Source of the DNA: Tubiluchus corallicola
Lineage: Eukaryota; Animalia; Priapulida
Assembly: GCA_030141605.1 (NCBI GenBank)
Contig: JAQGDQ010001583.1
Coordinates: forward strand, 1-33,885
DNA length: 33,885 nt
Reading direction: 5' to 3'
A program made the translations under genes and the position numbers. Each line of letters begins with the position of its first letter. Positions within the stretch are counted from its first letter, which is position 1. The notes beneath the pieces were generated by a model. The model was not told the DNA's origin. It ran no database searches and saw only the letters and a list, made by a program, of their open reading frames with translations. This document shows positions 13,901 to 24,400 of this stretch, piece after piece.

Positions 13901-15930
13901 AAGTTTAGTCCAATTAATGAGAATTAGTTGAATGATATTACTATATTGTCTTCAGCATCACCTTCAATGAGATGTAAAGATTTCCACTTACGCTGGCGTT
14001 GATGTATTGATCCACAGCCAGGATTCCGGGAAAATGTTTTGAACAAGACCTTCGTCCACTTCTGCAGCATTTCTCCCTGATTACCAAAATAAATGCTAAA
14101 ACTTTTTTTTAGTTCTGACACATCTGCGCACATAAAACTTAACATTCACAATGGAAAAAATGAAAAAAAGATCACATAGAAGAAAGCACGCATTAAGAAA
14201 AATCAACAAACTACCTGCAATAAAAAGAATAGGACAAAATCAGGCAAATAAGAAAGTTCAGACTAAGTTAGTGGGTTTTCTTAGTTCTATCAGTTTGACA
14301 AAAGAAATTTTTTATAATGGATGCTTTATTCCCAACATTCAAACAACAAAAATTAAGATTCATAACTGAAAATTTCTGTAGTGAAATAAATAAAATGCAA
14401 TTACGTAAATTTAAATAACTGGTATTTTCTTACGTTTTATTGTCATATTTTCTTGCTGGTTGTATATAAATGCGTTTGTTAGCACGACCAATCCAGCATG
14501 CTAGATAAAAACAAGGTATCGTGTTCACTTCTGAATTTATATTATTATTTTACAAACTCGCTAATGTGGTAAAACAAAAAATTTACTAAAAACAAATTTC
14601 AATCAGATTAAAATTTAAATAAAAATCACCATGCCCACAGGGGGCAACATGTCCTTGCTTTCCTTATTTAGTGACCATTTATTTTAAAAAGGCAAACTCT
14701 TCATCACCTTATTTCTCATTTAACGATAAATCTATCATTTACATTCATTTCTTCACTTTAAGAACCAAGAAAATTGTCTATTGCTTTGATGATGTAAAGA
14801 AGCCACTAATATAGAAGCCACAGATAAAGAAGCCACTAATATAGAAGCCACAAATAAAGAAGCTACTAATATAGAAGCCACAAATAAAGAAGCCACTAAT
14901 ATAGAAGTCACAAATAAAGAAGCCACTAATATAGAAGCCACAATTAAGAAGCTGGAAATATTTTTTCGTGGGTGTTCAATACTGAAGTAAAATGGAAATA
15001 AGACACTTCACACAAGTCAAACAACAAACATCAAACACAAACATGAAATAACAATAATAAACATGATAAAATAACAGAAATTATACAAATGGATGAAATT
15101 GAGCTCATCCCTCCCACATTACAAAAAAAAATTCAGCAAAGACAAAGTGATAAGCTGGCCAGTGGTAGGCTAGCAAAAACAGACAAGATTGCCTCCTGAG
15201 AAGCTTTTAGATTGAGCTAATTACCCAACTTCTGCAAACTTTAACTGGGCTTACAAATCTAGTATATAAATGTGTCAATGATACATGTAGTATTTCGTTC
15301 TTGTAGTGACATTGTGACATACAATTTACTCTTGCACAAAGACTGCACAAAAGTGCAAAATGGCATTTTACACCCGTACTAGCAATAACATACAATTCAG
15401 ATTTTCTCTTTGGTAACCTGATATTTCACGTGTATGATTACACACTACTAGACCTTCCACCTACCTTGACCACATCTGAAGATGTACCAATATTTGTCAT
15501 CCACGGGAAATCACCGTCTCCTTCGGGCTCGTAATGTTCTCTCATTGGGTACTTATTCCATCGTGCATTCAAGTCGGTAATAACCTGGTGAACAAAGCAT
15601 GTATTTAATCTTTTAGTCACATTATATTGTACAGTACTATTGTACATTAAATTGTATTTAGTCATATTCGTGCATCACACATCACAATAAGAAAGACAAG
15701 AAATAAAGCCATGGATCACAGAGTTGTTGAGTAAAATTTTGAAAGGTTTTTGCCCTGATCACCAACTGTACAGCTTGAATCAATGACCATAGAAAAAACT
15801 ATAAACATACAACAGACACTTATTTTCTTAACAACTAGCTTTTATACGAGTTTTGTGTATGATTGAAGTAGGAATACACTACATAGAATATGTGGAATAT
15901 GTTCATACATATATTCATACACTATATGTG

Positions 15931-15967
<37 letters not shown>

Positions 15968-17818
15968 TTCCACGAGTATGTTAATTTTAGAGTATTGGTG
16001 GTTGACCTATAAAAACACCATTATTAGGACAAATTATAAAATTTTGTCAGCAAAACTGGGAAGAGGCTGTTTCTTTCCTGTGTACTAAACCTGTTAGTAT
16101 ACCCATGCATTAATAATGTATATTTTCAACAAGATAAAGCAAAGAGGAATATGTTGGAACCAGCACACTAGGTCGTGACATGCACAAAACTGATCGATTT
16201 CATCTCTGTGGCACATCGTATCAAAACAAATTGCATCTTTCGAAAAATGTGATTAATATTTTATCTTTGAAAAACTTGATCTGCAGTAAAAACACGAGAA
16301 AACTGTTGGTACAAGAAGCACATGCGACACTTTATAATGTGAGCACTAAATCTTTTAAACCTAAATGTTAGTTAAAATGAAAAGCAGACTAATTAAGCTT
16401 TTCTAGTATAATCAGATTTGCCATGGCATTTCTGGGTACAATATAGCGAAGGTGTCTTGCTATTTACATGACAAACATTATCAACAGCTTCATGTTTGAT
16501 TTATCATTCAACTTTCTAAAACAAATAATTACAAGTTTGAAGCAAAAAAAGTGTTCCACTAGAATGATTTGAAAAGGAAAGCATAATTATTGATCTGAGC
16601 TGGTATCAAATAAGCCAGAAAGACAAAATTATTTTCATACCTGATGGCAATAATCAATAAATAAACTATAAGCAATTATTCAAGAGCAGTAAGGTACAGA
16701 GTAATCAAATTATCAACAACATTTTTTTTGCCGATCTGCATGAGAAGTTACGTTCATCCCCGAAATCCAGAGCTAAGATTTCAAGGGTGCTCAGTAGAGT
16801 GTTTAAGCAGTGTTACTGCCAGGTATGTGAGTAACACAACTTTGTTATAAGCTCAGTTTATCTAAATAAAGAAATTCACATCCCTCAACTGAATTCCAGT
16901 TAATGACGGTAATGGTATATAATGTCTTGGGTTGTTAGATGCCTGCAGTGGTGTTCAGTAATGGTTATATGTTTGTGGTTACTCGTTTGTGAAACAACCT
17001 TTATAAAAGGAGATCCATTTCACTGTGATGTATCATTGTTCTTGTTCTAATTCATGTTATATGTTTCTGAATGACTTAAAGAGATGGACGGAAGTGCATC
17101 ACCTGAAGCATAGCATGTTATAAAGTTTGTACAATTTACATGTGAGCAAACTGTGCATGCATGCGTTTGTGAATGGTGCATCTATGCTAGTAATCAAATG
17201 CATCACATTCTGGAGTAGTTAATCATGAGAAAATCATTAATGCTCAGTTATTTCAGAATGGTATGTCGCTATTCAACTTTTCATGACATTTGGAATGATA
17301 ATTATGAACTTATTACTGTCTCTTATTATCGTCTTATGGGTTACATTATGTAGAGACAAAAGGTTTGCACTGGAGACACTCATTCATAATGCAATCATCT
17401 TCTGTGTCATGCTACATCCACAAGTTTCAAAAAAGTGAGTGAGTGAAACTTCCCAACAACAGTAGAGGGAGTGAAAAAAGGTTTGGGAGTTTGGCTGTAG
17501 ATAAAAAATATGGTTATATGAATTGTACCACAACCATTTAAACTTTTAAGTCATAAATTATTGACAATACTAGTGCAATCAAATATGTGTATCTCATGTA
17601 TACCATTTAAAATATTTCTATATAAAACTTTATGCATACCACTGAAAACGCTATAATAAAACAGGTACCTGCTGCTGTGTGATGTCATTTCCAGGCAGCA
17701 CCAACCGAGCACTTGGATCGACGGCTAAAAGTCCCACAAACGAATTTGGATCCGTATCGATTTGAACAGTGACAATGTTTCCCGGTTGAGCATTTGGCAC
17801 ATCAAAATTAACAGTGAT
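1892..17818 (-). CDS. Partial thioester-containing protein gene (A2M/CD109/TEP family), left copy, 16 exons, 701 codons, MG6/linker-bait-MG7-CUB-TED; 5' and 3' parts absent from window
   Basis: Exons join in phase with no stops. Motifs: [91 protein letters not shown]. No anaphylatoxin domain, so CD109/iTEP-like rather than C3-like. Confidence 0.93.
2312..2820. mobile_element. TA-flanked MITE, Tc1/mariner-pogo-like
   Basis: Terminal inverted repeats tactgtatgcgctgcttaatagattca / tgagtctattaagcggcacctacagta, with an internal repeated ttaatagactca/taattgactca motif. Confidence 0.7.
3175..3327 (-). CDS. TEP exon, left: [13 protein letters not shown]...[15 protein letters not shown]
   Basis: attag|GAC ... 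GGG|gtatgt, 153 nt, phase 0-0. Confidence 0.92.
3402..3445. repeat. (GA)n microsatellite / polypurine tract; mirror 30442-30485
   Basis: gagagagagagagagagagagagggggagaaggagagagggagg. Confidence 0.9.
3507..3700 (-). CDS. TEP exon (TED), left: DGMKHWS...EMTSYALL...[11 protein letters not shown]
   Basis: tacag|AT ... CAG|gtgcac, 194 nt, phase 1-0. Confidence 0.94.
3949..4129 (-). CDS. TEP exon (TED), left: [18 protein letters not shown]...YALTLA...LADEE
   Basis: ttcag|GGT ... G|gtatgt, 181 nt, phase 0-1. Confidence 0.93.
4499..5005. mobile_element. Non-autonomous DNA transposon (MITE) with CAGGGCCGGATTAAC-type ends
   Basis: cagggccggattaac ... gttaatccgtgctg inverted ends and subterminal gaggccctaagc/gaggccttaagc repeat. 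No clean TSD. Confidence 0.6.
5319..5402 (-). CDS. TEP exon (TED), left: [28 protein letters not shown]
   Basis: agcag|GTT ... CAG|gtacaa, 84 nt. [12 protein letters not shown] motif. Confidence 0.93.
6464..6620 (-). CDS. TEP exon (TED), left: [19 protein letters not shown]...[15 protein letters not shown]
   Basis: tttag|G ... CAG|gtaggg, 157 nt, phase 2-0. Confidence 0.95.
7490..7571 (-). CDS. TEP exon (TED), left: [28 protein letters not shown]
   Basis: tttag|GC ... TG|gtaatt, 82 nt, phase 1-2. Confidence 0.95.
8263..8439 (-). CDS. TEP thioester exon, left: [27 protein letters not shown]...SMER
   Basis: catag|GT ... G|gtaaat, 177 nt, phase 1-1. GCGEQ at 8369-8383. Confidence 0.97.
8788..9213. 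mobile_element. MITE with CA(C)GGTTCCCACA ends and TTTCCCTGAC/TTTCCATGAC subterminal repeats
   Basis: cacggttcccaca ... tgtgggaacctg. Many ttccctgac-like units near both ends. Flanks tttactcc/tttaccta match only partly. Confidence 0.7.
9348..9433. repeat. Degenerate (CAT/CAC)n trinucleotide tract; mirror 24486-24571
   Basis: accaccaccacaatcatcatcatcagc...catcaccaccatcat, intronic. Confidence 0.75.
9584..9722 (-). CDS. TEP exon, left: [14 protein letters not shown]...QLAVSVT
   Basis: tccag|GCA ... G|gtatgg, 139 nt, phase 0-1. Confidence 0.9.
10576..10589. repeat. G14 homopolymer; mirror C14 at 23330-23343
   Basis: Direct count; same length in both arms. Confidence 0.9.
10871..10999 (-). CDS. 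TEP exon, left: [43 protein letters not shown] (GC donor)
   Basis: tctag|GTC ... AAG|gcacgt, 129 nt, phase 0-0. Confidence 0.88.
11535..11738 (-). CDS. TEP exon (MG7), left: [21 protein letters not shown]...SINKT
   Basis: tgcag|CTA ... ACG|gtaatc, 204 nt, phase 0-0. Confidence 0.93.
12562..12682 (-). CDS. TEP exon, left: [40 protein letters not shown]
   Basis: tgtag|A ... ACG|gtaata, 121 nt, phase 2-0. Confidence 0.92.
12963..13629. mobile_element. TTAA-flanked non-autonomous DNA transposon, Kolobok-like
   Basis: ttaa|agcgcaagaaaa ... ttttcttgtcct|ttaa (14/16 inverted match). TTAA|AG...CT|TTAA termini are typical of Kolobok. Confidence 0.55.
13992..14076 (-). CDS. TEP exon, left: (R)[27 protein letters not shown]
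   Basis: atcag|GG ... GC|gtaagt, 85 nt, phase 1-2. FPESWLW motif; the ORF track shows a different frame. Confidence 0.92.
14434..14500 (-). CDS. TEP exon, left: [22 protein letters not shown]
   Basis: tctag|CAT ... C|gtaaga, 67 nt, phase 0-1. GLxVLTNA motif. Confidence 0.88.
14795..14953. repeat. 30-bp minisatellite (two 15-bp subunits), ~5.3 copies
   Basis: TAAAGAAGCCACTAA-TATAGAAGCCACAAA repeated, intronic. Confidence 0.93.
15465..15584 (-). CDS. TEP exon (linker), left copy: [40 protein letters not shown]
   Basis: caccag|GTT ... AAG|gtaggt, 120 nt, phase 0-0. Straddles the arm/spacer boundary. Confidence 0.85.
15928..15973. repeat. (AT)n microsatellite forming a 46-bp near-perfect palindrome
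   Basis: gtggaa(ta)n...catatattccac, 22 of 23 pairs self-complementary. Confidence 0.9.
17669..17818 (-). CDS. TEP exon in spacer (left copy only): [50 protein letters not shown]
   Basis: tgcag|ATC ... CAG|gtacct, 150 nt, phase 0-0. Matches the family MG6/linker pattern (V..aVDkSv.l....NDIT). Not in the ORF track. Confidence 0.9.
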
Positions 17819-18382
17819 CTGCAGATATCAAAATTTTTCCTAACAATGAGGTGAAAGAAACCAAAATAAGTTTTGATCAGCTGACAATATCTCTGAAAAG
17901 TAAGAAACTGAAGATTCTCCAGTATAGTTCTGCAATAGGCTGACAACATTGATTTTTTTTCTACATGTGCTCCCTAATCATCAAAAATCTGTACGAATCC
18001 GTAAACTTGTAAACTTTAAATTTAATTAGGTATAAATGTTCATTTAGTTCAAGTAGATTTAGGAACTTTAAAAAGCACATCTGCCGTCAAGTTTCGAGTG
18101 CTTTTATTGGCCAAAACTGACCAATTGAAATTAAGGTTTTGGGAACAAACAGAAATGAAGAAAGTTTATTAACTTATCACTAATCAAAGGTCCAAGGTTG
18201 CTGACAAGAGGTCAACGCAAAGGCTTTTCCTCCTTATTGTGCTTAGAGCATGTATATGCAAGAAGATAGGCTTGAGCTTAAAGTTTGGACTAAAAACTGT
18301 ATGCACAAACATGGAGAAATGGATAGATGCTCCTCATTTCAGTATGTCATTTTTGCTTACAATGAGAGATAGTAGATTTGAA

Positions 18383-18442
18383 GAAGGAGACGGTGATTTC
18401 CCGTGGATGACAAATATTGGTACATCTTCAGATGTGGTCAAG
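18383..18442 (+). CDS. Truncated TEP exon, right: [20 protein letters not shown] (3' half only, original acceptor lost)
   Basis: Last 60 nt of the 120-nt exon. Donor AAG|gtaggt is retained. Confidence 0.75.
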
Positions 18443-21400
18443 GTAGGTGGAAGGTCTAGTAGTGTGTAATCATACACGTGAAATATCAGGTTACCAAAGA
18501 GAAAATCTGAATTGTATGTTATTGCTAGTACGGGTGTAAAATGCCATTTTGCACTTTTGTGCAGTCTTTGTGCAAGAGTAAATTGTATGTCACAATGTCA
18601 CTACAAGAACGAAATACTACATGTATCATTGACACATTTATATACTAGATTTGTAAGCCCAGTTAAAGTTTGCAGAAGTTGGGTAATTAGCTCAATCTAA
18701 AAGCTTCTCAGGAGGCAATCTTGTCTGTTTTTGCTAGCCTACCACTGGCCAGCTTATCACTTTGTCTTTGCTGAATTTTTTTTTGTAATGTGGGAGGGAT
18801 GAGCTCAATTTCATCCATTTGTATAATTTCTGTTATTTTATCATGTTTATTATTGTTATTTCATGTTTGTGTTTGATGTTTGTTGTTTGACTTGTGTGAA
18901 GTGTCTTATTTCCATTTTACTTCAGTATTGAACACCCACGAAAAAATATTTCCAGCTTCTTAATTGTGGCTTCTATATTAGTGGCTTCTTTATTTGTGAC
19001 TTCTATATTAGTGGCTTCTTTATTTGTGGCTTCTATATTAGTAGCTTCTTTATTTGTGGCTTCTATATTAGTGGCTTCTTTATCTGTGGCTTCTATATTA
19101 GTGGCTTCTTTACATCATCAAAGCAATAGACAATTTTCTTGGTTCTTAAAGTGAAGAAATGAATGTAAATGATAGATTTATCGTTAAATGAGAAATAAGG
19201 TGATGAAGAGTTTGCCTTTTTAAAATAAATGGTCACTAAATAAGGAAAGCAAGGACATGTTGCCCCCTGTGGGCATGGTGATTTTTATTTAAATTTTAAT
19301 CTGATTGAAATTTGTTTTTAGTAAATTTTTTGTTTTACCACATTAGCGAGTTTGTAAAATAATAATATAAATTCAGAAGTGAACACGATACCTTGTTTTT
19401 ATCTAGCATGCTGGATTGGTCGTGCTAACAAACGCATTTATATACAACCAGCAAGAAAATATGACAATAAAACGTAAGAAAATACCAGTTATTTAAATTT
19501 ACGTAATTGCATTTTATTTATTTCACTACAGAAATTTTCAGTTATGAATCTTAATTTTTGTTGTTTGAATGTTGGGAATAAAGCATCCATTATAAAAAAT
19601 TTCTTTTGTCAAACTGATAGAACTAAGAAAACCCACTAACTTAGTCTGAACTTTCTTATTTGCCTGATTTTGTCCTATTCTTTTTATTGCAGGTAGTTTG
19701 TTGATTTTTCTTAATGCGTGCTTTCTTCTATGTGATCTTTTTTTCATTTTTTCCATTGTGAATGTTAAGTTTTATGTGCGCAGATGTGTCAGAACTAAAA
19801 AAAAGTTTTAGCATTTATTTTGGTAATCAGGGAGAAATGCTGCAGAAGTGGACGAAGGTCTTGTTCAAAACATTTTCCCGGAATCCTGGCTGTGGATCAA
19901 TACATCAACGCCAGCGTAAGTGGAAATCTTTACATCTCATTGAAGGTGATGCTGAAGACAATATAGTAATATCATTCAACTAATTCTCATTAATTGGACT
20001 AAACTTTATTTCTTTCTGTAAGAGGTAAATTTCTTTTTGTAAACGTTTTAGTCTTTAGTCTTTGAGATATAAGATGTAGAACCTGTACTGTATTGTGCAA
20101 ATCAAGACATTTGTAGAATAACTACAAAGAATGAATGTAGATATTGAGCGTGATGGAAAATGGATATGACTTAAAGCCATTTCATTTTGAGCACATAAAG
20201 TAAGCTTGGTTATTTACATCTGAAAAAGTGTAGTTGATGGTATTAATATAATTTATCAAAAGCTGTTAAACTGCATTTTAAAGGACAAGAAAAGGGGGTA
20301 CCTGAAGAAGGTTTCAGAAAAATCGCCTTAAAAATTATACTACTTTACAGCAATTTTATTTTATATATTGTACCCGCATTAAAATGAATCTTTGATTGTT
20401 TTCATTTAAAATTTCCCGCAATACTGTTCCGAAGTCGCCATTACATGACATCACCTACACAAACGTAAATCAGGGAAGAAAAAGCAATGTTAAATTTTGT
20501 CCCAAAATACTTTCAATGCAAATCTATATTACTTAGCGTTTCGCTTACCGGCTGGAAAGACTTATGTAACTAGAAATAATAATTTAAAATGTTGGTGTCA
20601 ATTGGTAAAATGTCATTGGCTCACCCTCTAGAGTGTGCCAATCACTAACCAAAAACGTATTTTTAGTCTTATTGACAAGATACAGTAATTTAAAATTTTA
20701 CTGAATTAGTAATATGTATGCTACGCATGCTCTGATTATTTTTCTAAACTTCACGCAATGTTATCTGAACTTGTTTCAAAGAATCTACCATTAAAATGGC
20801 TGCGTCTAACGGTCATCGCGGAAGTTTAAATTCAGAAGTGGCTGAGGCAAGCTCTGCATACAAAAAGACAGTATATAAGTGGTAGAAAATTTCAAGACAA
20901 ATTTTTTGAGCTTTATGTAAGTGGAGGGTTTTCTTGCGCTTTAAGTTTTCACATTTTTTGTTAGTTGATTTACTCTAGAAATACTGTTCCTGTCGTTTAA
21001 TACATATGCAGTAAGTTTACAGTTACAGTTAGCATGCCTCCTTTGTTTGGTCAAATGTTTGCTGTTACCTTGCTTATTTTACCGGCTGATTGTTTGTTAC
21101 TTTTGCCATTCTCATGGTCAAGCTAAGTTACCAAAATTATTAGCAAATTAGGAATAATTCATGTTGGGATGTAGGTGTTTAATCTTTGTGTCTTTGAGTC
21201 TTTCCAGAATGTTTTGTTTTGTAGAGATAGTGGACGAATCACGGTAAACGCTGTAGTTCCGGATGGTATAGACACATCTTGGCTGGCCACTGGTTTCTCG
21301 ATAAATGAAGACAATGGCCTTGCCATTACAGAGCAGGCAACTACGGTAATATTTAATATACAATAGATGTGCAAGCCTTATTAGTTACACTAAAATAAGT

Positions 21401-24400
21401 ACTTTTCTATTCGTACTTTGCATCCTTAGAGACAAAGCTATGGCTTCTAAAAAGTTACGCTTAATTCAGTGTTTGCAAAGAATGTTAGAAGGATTCTGCA
21501 ATAGAAGCGTGATGAGTGCCTTGTGTAATTTGTAAAATTTGTTTATTTCTGTCTGAATATTAGACAAGCTTCAGAAGTTTGGTTGCTGCGTACAAAAAGC
21601 CACAAAAGTCAGTCAGTTTCGTCATCGTTTTCAAGTGAACATGCCTGAAAATTTCTGTGCAGTGACAGTATAAACTAACTTTATGCTTTATAGACAGTTT
21701 TTGGGAAACACCTTTATTATATTGATGTGTCCTTCCCTTTAAAACTAAATTGAAATAAAAAATTGTCAAAAATATATTTGTCTTTGTTGAACAAACTTTT
21801 CTGGGTGTTTTTACATGCCTGTTAGACATTACATGACAGGACAGACATTTTTCAGTATTTTGCATGCTTTTATGCAGTCTGTTGGGCACTTTTACCATCA
21901 ATTTTCACTAGTTTGTTAGCTGAATAAGGAAAAAAATGAGCAAGTCATCAATAATAAAAATATTTTGAACATGGTGTCTCTGAGAACCATGTAATTAATT
22001 TTGTACATGACTTGAGGATGGAGGAATGGCTGAGTGAGCTTTCTCAATTAGTAACAATGTTTTTTAGTTGAAATTCCAAAATGGTATGCCTGTATGATTT
22101 TTTTTGTTCATCTACATTCGAATGGGTCTAATAGAACTTGTCTGCCAGCAAATTTTATTCTTTGCAGCTAACCGTACTTCGTCCATTTTTTGTCTCACTG
22201 AACCTCCCTTACTCGATGATCCAAGGTGAAGAACTGGATTTGCAAGCTCTTGTGTTTAACAACATGGAAGAAGATGCGGAGGCCAATGTGACTTTGATTG
22301 AGAGCAGGCATTTTTTGGTGCCAACGAAAAGTGAAGAAAAACAAAATGTGAGCCAAAGCATAAATAAGACGGTAAGCTTTGAATCAAATCAATTTGAATT
22401 ATAACATTCTGGATTGAATTCAGATTCAGTTTTAAAGGTTTGTGGAATAATTTTCGAATAAACAGTCACATAACAAGCGTATTGCTTGATTCGTTATGTG
22501 GTAAGAACTATAATAGGTTGTTAAAAAGTTGGGCACAGAAATCAGAAAGAAACTGTGCTGATTGTTGCTTGCATGATGTTTGAAACAATTTGATGATAAA
22601 GAATGAATGTAATTGAGGTGTTAAATTATTCTCATCCAAAAATTTTCAGTTTGAATCAAATTTGAATTGAAAAAACTCACTCGAATGAAATTTAATAATT
22701 CAAATTCACTTGACTTCAGGTGAGAAATGTTTTTCTGTGGTGTGAGTTTCTATGAAGGTTAGTGTATTAGTTTTTAACTGGTTGTACAAAATAAATGTAA
22801 AGAATATTCAACATTTCATTTTTTGTAATTTGCTTTTGAATTAATAGCAACAATTTTTTTCGCTCATCCTCCAACTATAATTTAATTAAAATTTCCTGAT
22901 CTTTAATTTTGCATTCTAGGTCAAGGCTGGGCAGAGTGAAACATTCATTTTTCCCATAGTTCCTGGTTATGTCGGTATTAAACGTATCAAAGTTCTTGCC
23001 CAAATGCACGGTACTGTAGACGAGGCGGAAACACTTCTTTTCGTTAAGGCACGTTATCATTTGTAGGATAACATAGCGGTATACAGATTTTTGTATCATA
23101 TACTGTCCCATGTTCTACATTGTGGTGCTTGGATTACATATGTGGTATAAAGCCTATTCATTATGAAGAGAGGCAGCCTATTTTTGTCCAATATTAGATT
23201 CATACTTCATGCTCTGTAAATACATAAATTAAGTAAAAATATCACTTGATTAAACTTGTACAGTTGCCTAGATGCTTACAATAGACAAACATTTTCATTC
23301 AGTAGTAAAGCACATGGACTGCTATTATACCCCCCCCCCCCCCAGGGATGCTTAGCCAATAGAAATATATGGCAATCGTTGACGATATGAAGCTTTGCTT
23401 AGAAATATTCTTAGACTGCTTAAAGAACCGTGCAATAAAAGTCCGTATCACTGTTGTACTGCAAAGCTATGCCTCGTGTTTCAGTGCATCAGAAGAGTTG
23501 GATTTTTCCTGATAATGGACAATGAACATGATGGTTAATGTATAAAGAATTACATGCTTTCAATTGACAATCAAGATTATATTATATTTGTTTTGAACTG
23601 AGATAGTATCAGAAATGCATTGGAGATTGTTTATGTTCACATTTCATAAATTTTTACTCACAAAGTTGCTACTAGAGTAACTTTTATTTTCTTCATTTTT
23701 TACCAAGGTCTTGTGTGATCAGAGAATATAGTATCAGTGAGAGTCATTATTCAACTGCAAAAACTTCCGGTTCACAGCTGTTTTGTTTTAGATTTTCATA
23801 AGAGAATTATGTTTTTAATATAAAGGAAATCCTTAACTTTTTGCCAGTTTAATTTGCTTGTGACTTGAAATTTACAATGTTTGTAATTCTGTGAAAATGA
23901 GCTTATTGAAAAGTAATAATGTCACGTACACTTTAGTTATTACACTCATTACATTAGATAACTAGTTATATTAGTGAATAAATCTTACTTTGAAAACCGC
24001 TCTACATGATAGTTTTCAAAAAAGTCTTATTAAACTTGTCATAGATGGATATTTTCAAAACATACTCATCTATGCCGAGATGTCAAAAATTATTATATTT
24101 CTCAGTTAAGGAACCAAAAGTTAAGTTAAATTTTGGCGAGTGAATTTGTAAATGTTCACAATGATAGGCAGTGATCCCGACATTGTCTTGTTCCAGGCAG
24201 AAGGCGTGCAGCGATTCGGTTCAGAAAATCTCATGATTGAGTCGACAACGGATGTGGAGGCAAACCGTAATGTGGAGGTAAAATGGCCTAATGATTTTTC
24301 GCAGAGATCGCGTCAGTTGGCAGTGTCGGTCACAGGTATGGATTTTGTGACTGTGTTTCTTTCATAACTTCACCATTACAGTTTTCCATAATTTCTGTGT

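Larger units (their letters stand above)
1..15524. repeat. Left arm of giant inverted repeat (mirror of 18383-33885)
   Basis: ORF track is mirrored and sequence matches as reverse complement. Coordinate sums step 33886/33887/33919/33906/33907 across four indels. Identity ends at ...caccgtctccttc|gggctc (15524). Confidence 0.98.

Noticed and set aside
13924-14145. ORF-track peptide MLSFMCAD...GEMLQKW (and mirror 19762-19983)
   Set aside because: Wrong frame. The conserved FPESWLW motif is in another frame of the same exon.
17819-18382. Further upstream TEP (MG5) exon on the - strand, e.g. RNLTADVLFKV
   Set aside because: Only faint resemblance, runs into a stop, and has no suitable splice donor.
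18490-18513. Candidate 24-nt micro-exon (cag|gttacc...aatt|gtatgt) with alternative donor ATTG|gtacat
   Set aside because: Weak pyrimidine tract, and unnecessary once the phase 0-1 [10 protein letters not shown] exon at 19407 was found.
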